NCBI RefSeq assembly: GCF_009914755.1
Contig: NC_060934.1
Length of the DNA: 64,000 nt
Direction: 5' to 3' (one strand)
Source of the DNA: the human T2T-CHM13v2.0 reference genome, Homo sapiens
Under the pieces are notes generated by a model. The model saw nothing but the letters and a program-made list of their open reading frames with translations, searched no databases and had not been told where the DNA came from. The translations under genes were made by a program, and so were the position numbers. Of this stretch, positions 37,301 to 50,002 are shown piece by piece. The stretch's first letter is position 1, and every line of letters begins with the position of its first letter.

Positions 37301-40300
37301 AAATGTTGAAATTTATCAAATGCTTTTTTTTTATCATCAATGGAAATGATTTTATGGTTTTTATCCTTCATTCTGTTGATATGATGTATCATATTGATTG
37401 ATTTGTATATGTTGAACCATCCTTGCATCCCAAGAGAAAAACCCACTTGGTTATGATAACCCAAAATCATTAGGTTATTTATCTGAATTCTTTTCCTCTT
37501 CTTTGAGGTAGCTACTTATAGCTATAAACTTCCTTCTTAACATTGCTTTTGTTGTATCCCATAGGTTTTGGTATGTTGGGTTTTCATTATCATTTAAGAA
37601 AATTTTCAATTTCCTTCTTAATTGCTTCATTAACCCACTGGTCATTCAGGAGCATATTATTTAATTTTCATGTCTTTGTGTAGTTTACAAAACTCCTCTT
37701 GTTATTAATTTCTAGTTTTATTCCATTGTGGTCAGAGAAGATGCTTGATATTATTTGCATGATTTTGAATGTTTTAAGACTTGTCTTGTGATCTTACATA
37801 TGATCTGTCCTTGAGAAAGAGCCATGTCCTGAGGAGAAGAATGTGTATTCTGCAGTCATCAGATGAAATGTTCTGTAAATAGCTATTAGATTCATTTGGT
37901 CTATAGATTAAATCTGTTGTTTCTTTGTTGATTTTCTGTCTGGGAAATGTGTCCAATGCTGAAAGAAGGGTGTTGAAGTCTCCAGCTATTATTGTATTGG
38001 GGCCTATCTCTCTCTTTAGCTACAATAATACTTACTTTGTATATCTAGATGCTCCAGTGTTGGGTGCATAGATATTTAAAATTATTACATCTTCTTGCCA
38101 CATTGACCCCTTTATCATTATACAGTGACCTTCTTTGTCTCTTCTTACAGTTTTTGTTTTGAAATCTATTTGTCTAATATTGTTATGGTGACTCCTGCTC
38201 TTTTTCGGTTTCCATTGGCATGGAATATCTTTTTCTATCCCTTTATCTTCAGTCTATGTGTGACTTTATAGGTGAAATGTGTTTCTTGTAGGCAAAAGAT
38301 CAATGGGTGTTGTTTTTTCATCCATTCAGCCACTCTATGTGTTTTGATTGGAGAGCTTAGTCCATTTACATTTATTGTTATTATTGATAAGGAAAGGCTT
38401 ACACCTACTATTTTGTTATTTGTTTTATGGTTGTTTTTGTTTTGTGGTCTCCTCTTTCTTCTTTCTTTCCTTCCTGCCTTCCTTTAGTGAAGGTGACGTT
38501 CTCTGATATGATTTAGCTTCTTGCTTCTTAATTTTGTGTATTCATTGTATGTTTTTGTTTGAGTTTACCATGGGCTTGCAAATACTATCTCATAACCCAT
38601 GATTTTAACCTGACAACAATGTAACACTTTGTATAAATATTGAAATGAATAAAAAAATCCATGCCCTAACTTTATCCCCCAACTTTTAAACTTTTTGTTG
38701 TTTCTAATTATATCTTATTGTACTGGCTATGTCTTGAAAAGTTGTTACAGTTATTATTTTTGATTGGTTCATTGTTTAGTCTTTTTACTTGGGTTAAGAG
38801 TACTTTACATACCACAGTTAAAGTGTTATAATACTGTGTTTTTCTGTGTACTTACTATTACCAGTGAGTTTTGTTCCTAATGGTGAGTACTTATTGCTCA
38901 TTAATGTCCTTTTCTTTCTGATTGAAATACTCTCTTTAGCATTTCTTGTAGGACAGGTCTGGTGTTGATGAAATCCCTCAGCTTTTGTTTAGGAAAGTCT
39001 TTATTTCTCCTTGATGTTCGAAGGATATTTTAACCAGATATACTATTCTAAAGTTTTTTTTTTTTTTTTCCTTTAGCACTGTAAATATGTCATTACACTC
39101 TCTCCTGGTTTGTAAGGTTTCCACTGAAAAGTCTGTTGCCAGATGTATCAAAGTTCCATTGCATGTTATTTGTTTTTCTTTCCTCTTGACGCTTTGAGGA
39201 TCAGTTCTTTACCCTTGACCTTTGGGAGTTTTATTATTAAATGCCTTAAAATAGTGTTCTTTGGGCTAACTCTGCTCGGTGTTCTATAACCTTCTTGTAC
39301 TTGGATATTGATATCTTTCTATAGATTTGGGAAGTTCTCTGTTATTAACCCTGTGAATAAACTTTCAATAACTTGAAGGCCAATAACTCTTAGATTTGGC
39401 CTTTGAGGCTATTTTCTAGATCCTGTAGGTGTACTTCATTGTTTTTTATTATTTTTTTGTCTCCTCTGTGTATTTTCAAATAGCCTGTCTTCAAGCTCAT
39501 TATAATTTTTTCTTCTGCTTGATCATTTCTGCTATTAAAGGACTCTGACATATTTTTCAGTATGCCAAATGTATTTTTCAGCTCCAGAATTTCTGCTTGA
39601 TTCTTGTTAATAATTTCAATCCCTTTGTTAAATTTATTTGTAGAATTCTGAATTTTTTATCTGTGTTATCTTGATTTTCTTTGAGTTTTCTCAAAACAGC
39701 TATTTTGAATTCTCTATCTAAAAGGTCTCATATTTTTGTTTCTCCAAGATTGGTCCCTTGTGATCTACTTAGTTCATTTGGTGAGGTAATGTTTTCCTGG
39801 ATGATATTGATGCTGGCAAATGTTCTTCAGTTTCTGGGCATTGAAGAGTTGGGTATTTATTGCAGTCTTCACTGTCTGGGCTTATTTTTACCCATCCTTC
39901 TTGAGCAAGACATTTTAGAGATTTGAAAGGACTTGGGTGTTGTGATCTAAGATGTATGTGCTTTAGGGGGCACCCCAAGCCTAATAACATGATTCTTGCA
40001 GACTCATTAGTGGTACCACACTGACAGTCTTGGACAAGACCCAAGATAATTGTCTTGATTACCAGGCAGAGACTCTTGTTATCTTCCTTTACTTTCTCCC
40101 AAACAGAGTCTCTCTCTTTCTGTATGTTCTGAGCCACCTAAAGCTGGAGTTTAAGTGACACAAGCACCCCTACACTGGATCAGACCTGAAGCCAGCACAG
40201 CAGTGAGTGTTGGCTAATGCTTGCTGTAACCACTTCCTGGCTACTGCCTATGTTTGCTCAAGGCCCTGGGGCTCTACAATCAGCTGGTGGCAAAGCCAGC

Positions 40301-41802
40301 TGGGTGTAGGTCCTTCCTTTCAGGGTGGCAAGGTCCCCCAGGCCCCATGTGAGTCCAGGGGTGCCATCTGGGAGTCAAAAACCTTAGAAGTCTACCTGGT
40401 GTTCTACTGTACTGCAGCTGAGCTGGCACTCAAACCACAATATGTAGTCCTTCCTTCTCCTCCCTTCCCTTTCTAAAGCCAGAAAAGCCTCAACCCACAG
40501 CCACCGAGACCTCAGGCCACGAGGAGTACTGCCAGACTATTGCTGATGTTCCCTTAAGGCCCAAGGGCTCTTAAGTCAGTTGTGGTGAATGTTGCCTGGC
40601 CTGGGACTCACCCTTCAGAGCAGTAGGATCACCTCTGTTGCAGGGCAGGTCCAGAAATGCTGTTCAAGAGTCAAGTCTTGGAATCAGAGACCCCATGATC
40701 CCACTTGATGCTTTAACTCCTGTGCTGTGCTGGTACCTAAGGCTCAAGACTTTCTCCTCTGCATTTCTCAAGCAGAAAGAGTTTTGCCCCATAACCACTA
40801 CAGCTTGGAATATGCCGAGTCTCACCTGTAGCCAGCAAGTCTCAGGCTCACTCAAGGCCTTTGACACAGTACCTGGGTATTGCTGCTGCTTATTCAAGGC
40901 CCAAGGGCTCTTCAGTTGGCAGGTGATGAATGCTGCCAGGACTGAGTCCCTCCCTCAAGGCAGTGGGTTCCCTTTTGGCCTAGGGTATGTTTAGAAATGT
41001 TGTCCAGGAGCTAGGGCCTTGAATGGGTCCTCACAACTTTGACCAGGGCCATATCCTGCTATGGCTGAGCTGGTATCCAAGATGCAAGACAAAGTCCTCC
41101 CCAGTCTTCCCTTTCCTCTCCTCAAGCAAGAGGAAGTAGTCTCTTTTGGAGTCATGAACTGTGCAGCCTGGGGTAGGGGAGGTGTGTTGCCAACACTCCT
41201 TTGGCTGCCCCAGCTGATACCTCAGTATTTGGATGCCCCACCATCCAGTTAGTCTCTGGGCCAAGTTGAGCACTAGAGCTCACCTAAGAGTTGTAGTCCT
41301 TACGGCCTAGACTGCCTTTCAAGTTTATTTAGAGACACAGAGTACTTTGTCCCTCAGTGGTAAGGTCTGTGGGAAGTCAAGTTCTGACCACTGGGATTGG
41401 TGATTCCCCTCTGGGTAGGGCTGGTTTAAATGCTCCTGCCATGGGCTGGCATCAGCTGAGTTTGGTCTGGTGTTTCTTTCTGCTGTAGCAGAACAGCACG
41501 GAGTTTATTGCTTCATAATTTCTGTGTTCACCCTCCTCCAGCGCCCAGGGACACTCTGCACCACATTGCTGCGGCCAGAGGTGGGGAAGGGGTGGCGTCA
41601 GCAATTGAAGATTGTTGTTTTCTATCTCTTCAGTGTCTCTTACAGTGATACAATGTTAAAACCAGATACTATGAGGGCTTGCCTGATTTTTGGTTCTTAT
41701 GATCGTGTTTTTTCTGTGTAGATAAGTTGTTAAATTGGTGTCCTTGCAGGGGGCATGATTGGTGGAGACTTCTATCCCCCCCATCTTTCCCTGCCTCCTT
41801 CC
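34335..41802 (-). mobile_element. L1MA1/2-like LINE-1, originally full length (5'UTR to polyA), inactive, interrupted by THE1D and deletions
   Basis: 3' end TTTTAATTTTTGTGGGTGCATAGTAGGTGTATATATTTATGGGGTACATGAG; ORF2 RT remnant 37159-37470 ([33 protein letters not shown]); repetitive 5'UTR about 40100-41800; decayed target-site duplication. Confidence 0.92.
34794..36916 (+). mobile_element. THE1D element: 5' LTR 34794-35168, internal 35169-36761, truncated 3' LTR 36762-36916
   Basis: LTR with GTGATTGGATCATGGGGGTGGTTT and GATCTGGTTGTTT; internal region homologous to 8428-9998. Confidence 0.93.
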
Positions 41803-42309
41803 CACCTGAATTTTTGCATGTAACAAAAACTCTACTGCCCTTAGAATTCAAACTGGAGTGGGTGTACAGGTTTCAGTTGAGTTAGACATGCAGTACCTAG
41901 AACCACTCTAAGTGTTTCCCTGTCTGGCTTATTTTCTCCTAATCATAATCAGTCTCTAGTAAAGAAAGTGAGAAAACTTGGGCTCAGCCTCTTCATCAGC
42001 TACCATCTTCTTGTACAAACTTGAGAAACTATTTCCCCTATGAGTTTTTTTCTCAGATTTGCTGAACCTCAGGGAAAGAAGGAATCTCACAAAACCATTG
42101 ACATAGGCCCTTGTTTTTTGTCCAAATTTCCTTGACCTCATCTCCTTTTCTAGTCTTTACCTGAATAGTTATAGGGAGAGGAAACTTACTACTCTCATTA
42201 ATGGATGTAGATCTGGGCTATGAGTTGTGAGGCCTACTGGACTGTGAAATAATAGTCTTGAGTGTTTGACTTATTCAAAAAGTAAATAATTTTGGAAATC
42301 CTTACTTTG

Positions 42310-42445
42310 TAGGGTGGCCCTATAATTTATCATCCTAACGAGGACACTCTTAAGAACAAAAGGAGGTGCTAATAACAATTACACTGGAGCAGTACAAATA
42401 AAATGGGACTATTCTGAGCAAACCAAGACTTATGATTACTTGACT
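42310..42445. mobile_element. MER94-like hAT-Blackjack MITE
   Basis: TAGGGTGGCCCTATAATTTATCATCC...GGACACT...GGGACT. Confidence 0.7.
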
Positions 42446-43840
42446 ACCATGATTCTATGGCCACCAACAAGTGGTAAAAATTCCATGGGCAGGGCTGGGC
42501 CCCATCTTTAGTAATGAGCCCTGAATTTTGGTCTTGCTGCCCCCCTTACTTTCCACCCAAACTGTTAACAGTCAATCTTTGTTGAACCATCTCCCGTTCT
42601 TTAACCAATTCTCTTGTGAGAATTTCAGCCCCAAAGCCATTTCAGAAAGAAAGCATGTACATATAGTCATAATTTCAAGCAAATTCCCCCCATAGGCACT
42701 TCATAGTCCTGACTACTATCTTGATCAGATGCATATTTAATGCCTTTTGATAGAGACACAGATGCAAACTGTTCAACCCTTTCTGAGGTGTTAGAATGCT
42801 GCCAGGTGCCAGTACAGTTGCTGTGAGAGCTACTGGAATGCCTGGAACTACCCTCTCTCAGTGTCCCCACAAGACCTGAATCTCGGGAAACTTACTGCAA
42901 GGTAACAGAAGGAGAGGCAGGGCTTATTAAGTTTCCTTCTACAGGCCATTTGATTGCATTTCTGCCCTGAGCACAGGCTTATTTGCATAGTTGATTTATA
43001 GCTTTAATTCAAATATTACTGTTGTTTCACATAAACCACTAACCTGATTTCTCCTTAGATTTTTCTTTTAACAATCACTCAATACCACATCGAACCCAGT
43101 GAAACCAGGAGCCATTAATATGAGGCCTCCATTTCCATTTCCACTGGGACAGAGGAGTATGGAAGATGGAGAACGGAAAATGAACTGTTAAGTTTCAGAA
43201 ATGTTTACTCCCACTGCAGGGCAGTCTGGCGCACACAACTCAAGCACATTCAGCTTCAAGAATCTTTGATAAGAATCTTTGTTTTTATGTTACTGATTCT
43301 ATAAGAGGAAGTTTCTTTTAAAGTTGCCTCTCCTCTTCTTTTCTTTATTTGTTCTTTCCAAAAGACAGTTAAAATTTATGGAGCCAAGCACTGCGCTAAT
43401 GACTCAGATGATGGTAGGGCTAAAGACAAGTTTGTCCTGGCCCTCAGGGAGATTGTATTCTTGCCAGACAATACAGACATCAGGAAAGAATTACACATTC
43501 TTTTAATCAATTATGTATTCTAAACAACTGCTTTGCTGAATAGACATTTTAAATACAGTCTATCTAAAAGCACTAGAGAGATTCTGAGGTTACTAGAACT
43601 GAGGGGCCAGGATTACAGAGATAGGGGATATGCAGGAAAGTGAGCCTGTGACAGTTATTCCCTTGAGGCTTTTGCCTTTTCTTAAAGAGGAGTTACAGAA
43701 CAAGAGGTAGAGAATGAGAGCAAGAGAGAATATGATAACTTTCAGGAAAGAGCACAGTGTGACGAAAAAGCTAAGTGGCACTTTCATCAGTCTAACACTA
43801 CAGGAGAGAGAAAACATTGAAGTTTGAGACTCTAAGAATG

Positions 43841-43918
43841 AGGGATCTTGGAAAACACACAAGATTTTCAGGGTGAATCAGGGATCTTGGAAAACACACA
43901 AGATTTTCAGGGTGAATC
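43841..43918 (+). repeat. Perfect 39-bp tandem duplication
   Basis: AGGGATCTTGGAAAACACACAAGATTTTCAGGGTGAATC x2. Confidence 0.97.
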
Positions 43919-44069
43919 CTTCAGGGGCTACATTATAGAAGTGGGGTTGGATCAGAGGTTGACCAAGCCTTACAACGTCTGAGAATAAACCTCAAAGAAG
44001 TGAGTCCCCTGATTGGTTTAAGGTGTTATGGCCCTGTCCTAACCACCTGCCAAGAGGATCAATGATTGG

Positions 44070-44890
44070 CTGATAACACCAAATAATGCCAATGAGGATG
44101 TGGAGCAAACAAGAATTCTCATTCATTGCTCCTATTCAAAAATGATACAATCATTTTGGAAGATAGTTTGCCATTTCCTTAAAAACCGAAATATAGTCTT
44201 ACTATATAATCCAATAATTGTGCTACTGGGTATTTACCCAAAAGAGTTGAAAATTATGTCTACACAAAAATCTGAATGTGAATAGTAGCTTTATTTATAA
44301 TGGCCCAAAACTGGAAGCAACCAAGATGTCTTTTAGTAGGTAAATAGATCAACAACATGTGGTTCATCCATACAATAGTATATTATTTGACAGTAAAAAG
44401 AAATGAGCTATTAAGCCACAAAAATAGGTGGAAGAACCTTAAATGCATATTTCTAGGCAAAAGAAGTCCGTTTGAAAGGAATACACACTATATGATTCTA
44501 ACTGTATGACATTCTGGAAAAAGCAAAACTATAGAGATAGTAAAACGATCAGTGACTGCCAGGGTTTAGAAGGAGGAGAGGGATGGATAGGTGGAGCATA
44601 GGGAATTTTTAGGGTATTATTGTATAATGTATATTCATGACATTGTGCATTTGAGGGAACATAGAGAACTATATAACACAAAGAGTGCATCTTAATACAA
44701 ACTTTGAACTTTAGGTAATGATAACAAATCAATATTGTTTCATTAACTGTAACAAATGTATTATACTAAAGCAAGATATTAAAAACAGAGGAAACTTTGT
44801 ATATGTGTGACAGGGAGAGCTTATATGGGAACTCTGTGCTACCTGTCAATTTTCTGTAAACCTAAAAAGTAAATTTTATTATAAAACAAA
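44070..44890 (+). mobile_element. L1MC1-like 3' end
   Basis: TGAGGATGTGGAGCAA...GGTATTTACCCAA...ACATTCTGGAAAAGCAAAACTATAGAGA...TTCTGTAAACCTAAAA. Confidence 0.85.
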
Positions 44891-45163
44891 AACTAATTGA
44901 TAAGCAATTTACAAGTAAAAAACTAAGAGATAGACAAATGTGCAATCACAGTAAGACACATTAACATACCTTGGTAACTGACAGAACAAGCAGAGCAAAA
45001 TGCTCAGTGAGGACATAGAAAATCAGTAAAAACACAATTCAAGAAAACCTGATCTAACTGACATATGTACAACACAGTGCCAACAGTGGCAGAATACACA
45101 TTCTATTAAGTGCATGTAGAACAAAATTGATTACAAGCAGAAACATAAATATCAATATACATA

Positions 45164-45999
45164 TTTTTTGAGAGTCTAATCTCCTCTAATTACTCAAATA
45201 ATCTTATTTTTGACTGCACTTGGACTTAGGGTAGAAGCTTGCAGAAAGGACAGTCTGCATCTCTGGGCAATCTGTTCCTGGCATTTTTCTTTGGCTTCCT
45301 TCATTGTCTTGGCCAAAAGTTTAGCCTATTCTGTGGCCGCTTTTTTATTTTTCTTAATACTTTGTTTCTTCAGAGCAATACACTGGTGTTTGTGTTGCAG
45401 GACACGTGGAATAACAAGATGCTGACTCTTGGGTGCTTTGGTCCTGGGTTTCTTACCTTTTTTGTCTAAAAGGTTTCTTACAACATATTGGAGGATGTCA
45501 TCTTGTTTAGGCAGATTAAAAAGACTCTGGATTCTGCTAGCTCCTTTGGGCCCCCAGGTAATGAGGTACCATAGTATCAGTCAGTACAGGAACATTATTC
45601 TCTCCTTTTTAAAATTTTACAATAACCAAGTTGAGAACATTCAGACTGACATCCACAATGCAACCTCGAACAGATTTGTGCTTTTTTTCTCCAGTTCTCC
45701 TTGGTCTATAACAGGAATGCCCCTTTCTCAGTAGCAGGCAGACACAGCCATGGGTCAAGACACACTACTGCATGGGGAAACCTTGTTTGTCCTTCCCACC
45801 ACTGACTCAGACCACATAACCACTCTATTCTTCACTCAGAGTGTTAGCAGCAACTTCTGTTACCACACACTTCTCATAAAAAGTATGAAATTTGCATTCA
45901 TCATCCATTTCAATGAGTTTCTGGAAGCCAGTGGCTGGGAAGGACATATTCAGTTTCATCTTGAAGCAGTTGATCACCTCTGAGGTGTCATGAAAAGGT
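45164..45999 (-). pseudogene. RPS6P: Processed pseudogene of ribosomal protein S6 (CDS remnant 45959 to 45204)
   Basis: Minus-strand translation [21 protein letters not shown]...GGKDKQGFPM...[22 protein letters not shown]...[10 protein letters not shown] matches RPS6; intronless, with stops and frameshifts, a 5'UTR carrying the pyrimidine tract, a T6 tail remnant and flanking TCAATATA repeats. Confidence 0.97.
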
Positions 46000-48527
46000 G
46001 CTCAATATATTTTAAATGAACAATTTCATTCAGGCTGTGCTGGAATCAAGCACAAAAGAATGCTAAAACATCCCCAATTACTTGGAAATTAAGCAACATA
46101 TTTTGAAACAATCCAGGGATTGAAGGTAGAATCACAAGTAATATTATGAAATATTTCAAACTAATGAAAATGAAAATACGATATAAAATTTTGGAGGATG
46201 CTAATAAAACTGTGGTTAAGGGGAAATTTTTAGGTCTAAATGCATACATTAATAAAAGATGGAAGGCTGAAAAATCTCAGTATCACTCTCAGAAAGAACA
46301 TTCAATAGATCCCAAATGAAACTGAAGGAAAAAATAATAAAGAACAAAATTAATGAAGCAGAAAATATAAACACAAAAGATTCAAAGAGCCAAAAGTTGA
46401 ATGTTTGAAAAGGTGAATAACATTGTTAAATCTCTAGCAAGAAGAAAAGAGGAGAAATTAAAAAAAAATCAATAGCAGAAATAAAAAGGGAGATTGCCAC
46501 AGGTCATTCAGAGATTTGGAAAGATAACAAGAGAATATACTGAAGAATTATATTCCTGAAAATTTGGAAATGTAGACGTAGGGGACAAATTTCATAAAAG
46601 CCCATTTGTAAAAACCTGGTACAGTAAGAAATAGAGAATCGGAATGGTCTTATTTCATTTAAAGGAATTGAATGTGCAATAAAGAACTCTTTCACAAAGA
46701 AATATCTAGGCCCAGCTGTCATCTTCTCCAGTAAATTCTTTTAAATCTTGAAGGAATAAATAAGAATTTTATGCAAATGCTTGCAGAAAGTTAAAAAGAA
46801 GAGGAAACATTTTCAAATTTGTTTTATGAGGACAGCATACACTTAATACCAAACTTAACACATACAGGACCAGAAAAGAAAGTTACAGGAAAATCTCAGG
46901 AGCATAAATGAAAAGTCTAAACTAAAAATTAGTAAATAACTCTAGTGATGTATATGTGTGCATGTGTGTGTGGGGGAGGGGTAGGTAGACAGGTGACTGG
47001 TTTTATTTTAGGAATAAAGTTTGCAAACAGAATTTGTGAAGTTTGTTTATATTTAATAACCAATCAATGTTATTTACCACATTAACAGAATAGGGGAGAA
47101 AAAGAATATAATAATCTCAACAAAGACATGTATAAAATCAATCCCCATTTATAATAAAAATTCTTAGCAAACCAAGAATGTAAAGGCCATCCTATATCTG
47201 ATAACACTATTTACAAAAACCCTATAATGAGCATAATACTTAATGATAAAATATCAAAATTTTGCCTCTATGATCAGAAATGAGACAAGTATGTTTATTG
47301 TTAACTTTCATATATCCAACATTGTATTGAAGATCAGTTGTTAGAAAATCCAAAGGAATTTACACTAAAATAAGTCTGGCAAATTAGGAAGGTATGAGGT
47401 TAACATTTTTTTAAAAATCAGTATTTTTTACATACTAATAAATAAAAGATTTTAAAATGAATCTTATTTTAAAATAAGATTTAAAATAACAATACTATTA
47501 AAAGCATCAAATATTTAGGAGTAAGTCTAACAAAACTTATAAACACAAATCTAAAAACTTTCTTGAGAGAAATTAAAGAATACATAAATAAATGGTATAT
47601 ATTCATATATGAAAGATTCAATAATGTAAAAATGTTAATTGTCAACCATTAATATATATTAAATGCAATCCAAATTAGAATTTTAGAAAGTTTTTGTTTT
47701 TTGTGGATATTGACAAAGTAATTCTAAAATTTGTATAGAAATACAAAAAGTCTACAAATATCTGAGGTGATCTTGAAAAAGAACAAAAATTATGGAGAAT
47801 TTACACCATAGGATATCAAGACATTAGGCTACAGTGATTTAGACAGCGTGTTATTGGCATATGAAAACAAAACCATCTCGTTGGAATAGAATAGAAAATT
47901 GAGAAAGCAGAATCATATCCATATGGTTAATTTATTATAGAAGAAACAGTAATAAGTGTACATTCCAACTAACAGTGCTGGGCTAAATAAATATGCACAT
48001 GGAAAAAAATAAATCTTAAGCCTTATCTCGTACCAAATGTAAAAATTATTTCCAAATGGGTTGTAGATATAAATGTTAAAGATTTTAAAAAGTGCTTCTG
48101 TAAGATAAGATCTTTGAGATCTTGGGGGTAGGCAAAGATTTCTCAAACAGAACACAAAATGTACTAACAGTAAAGATTGATACATTGAACTACATTGCAA
48201 TAAAGAACTTATTTTCATGATTAAGAAAGAAAAATACAATAAAGAGAGTAGAAGACATTTGTTAAGAAATAAAGAGCTCCTGTAAATCAATATGAAAAAA
48301 AAGACATGAAAAGGCACTTTGCAAAATAATGATTAATATCATTATTAATCAGGGGAGTTAAAGTCACGATGAAATACCACAACAGAACAACAAGACTGAC
48401 ACAGTGAAAAATATAGATAATATTAACTCTTGTAAAGGATATGGATCAGTTGAAACCATTGTAAACTGCTGGTTTGAAACATTTCAGAAACTTGTTTAAT
48501 AATATTATACTGTCACTTAGTACAGAC

Positions 48528-48891
48528 TGTATTAGTCAACTCAGGCTCATAATAAGATACCACAGAATGGGTGGCTTCAACAACAGAAATATACCTTCTC
48601 ACTGCTCTGGAGGTTAGAAGTCTTAGATTAGGTGCTAGAATGTTCATGCTCTGGTGAGGGCTCTCTTCTTGGCTTGTGCACCGCTGCCTTCTTGCTGAGA
48701 GAGAGAGAGAGAGAGAGATCCAGTGTCTTTTCCTCATTTTATAAGGGCACCAGTTCTATTGGAAGGCTTCCCTCTTATGACCTCATTTAACCTTACTCTC
48801 CATAAAGGCCCCATGTCCAGTACAGACACATGGGAGGCTATGACTTCAACACATGAATTTGCGGGGAGTGGAGTCAGTTTAGTCTATAGCA
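48528..48891 (-). mobile_element. MLT1A/B-like solo LTR with an internal (GA)n
   Basis: TGTATTAGTC...ATACCACAGAATGGGTGGCTTCAACAACAGAAAT...CTTCAACACATGAATTT. Confidence 0.85.
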
Positions 48892-49286
48892 CTTGCATTG
48901 TACATGATCTAGCAATTCCACTGCTAGACTGCAACCAATAGAAATGTGATGCCAAAAGACATACTTAAGTATGTTTATAGCAGTATTTTGTATTATTTGC
49001 TGCAAACTGGAAATAACAAAACAGTGCATAAATGGTAAAGCAGCTAAATTATTTGTGGTCCTTTGTTACATGGATCTTTGCTCTGTTTGAGGAAAATAAG
49101 TGAACTACTCTTAAATGCAATAACATAGATGGATGTCAAAAACATAATATTCAACAAAGGGAGCCAGACACAAAAGAGTACAATACAATTCCATTTATAT
49201 AATGCTCAAAAACAGCAACACTTAATCAATGGCAGGAGCAATCAGGGTAATTATTTTCTTCAGTTCAGAACTTAAAAGATCATCTC

Positions 49287-49583
49287 GGCTGGGCGCAGTG
49301 GCTCACGCCTGTAATCCCAACGCTTTGGGAGGCCGAGGCGGGCAGCTCATGAGGTCAGGAGATCGAGACCATCCTGGCTAACAGTGAAACCCCGTCTCTA
49401 CTAAAAATACAACAACAAAATTAGCTGGGTGTGGTGGTGGGCGCCTGTAGTCCCAGCTACTCAGGAGACTGAGGTGGGAGAATGGCGTGAACCTGGGAGG
49501 CAGAGCTTGCAGTGAGCCGAGATCGTGCCACTGCACTCCACCCTCAGCGACACAGCAAGACAATGTCTCAAAAAAAAAAAAAA
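49287..49583 (+). mobile_element. AluY
   Basis: GAGATCGAGACCATCCTGGCTAA, AGAATGGCGTGAACC, GAGCTTGCAGTGAGCCGAGATCG; polyA; target-site duplication ending ATCATCTC. Confidence 0.95.
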
Positions 49584-50002
49584 TCATCTCATGTATACTT
49601 TCCATTATACAGTCAGCCTTGAACTTTATTAATACTCCTTTGGAGGTAATATGCATTTTTAGCTCTTTCTACTTTTAAGGATTTCTCTGTCTTTCATTTT
49701 TAGCAGTTTGATTTTGGTGTCCCTCACATGTATACTGTGCTCTGTTTTATTATTTATTAAATTAGTCCACCTGCCTCCATTTCTCAGTATATTCAGTTTG
49801 TCCTTTCTTTCAGTTAAATAACCCCATCTTCTCTATGGTCAATATTGTGTTAAATCTATCCATTATGTTTTTAATTTGATGTTTATTTGATTCATTTTTT
49901 TATAGCTTCCAGTTCGCTGATGAAAATCTTTAATTTTTTTCCTTCTTTATACTTTTAAACATATGAATTGTAGTTATTTTGAAGTCTTTGTTAACATGAA
50001 TA

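Larger units (their letters stand above)
44891..49255 (+). mobile_element. Old L1M (L1ME-like) ORF2 and 3' region hosting the RPS6 pseudogene and an MLT1; its terminus probably resumes at about 54430-54610
   Basis: Degraded ORF2 motifs (GCAGAATACACATTCT, AGGGGAAATTTTTAG, TTTTATGAGG..AGCAT, AAAGATTTCTCAAACAG). Confidence 0.8.

Noticed and set aside
37159-37470. Reverse-transcriptase-like ORF
   Set aside because: Fragment of a dead L1 ORF2, not a novel RT system
40240-41000. Recurring AAGGCCCAAGGGCTCTT-type subunits
   Set aside because: Internal repeats expected in old L1 5'UTRs
45210-45983. Plus-strand ORFs over the pseudogene
   Set aside because: Antisense shadow frames of the RPS6 retrocopy
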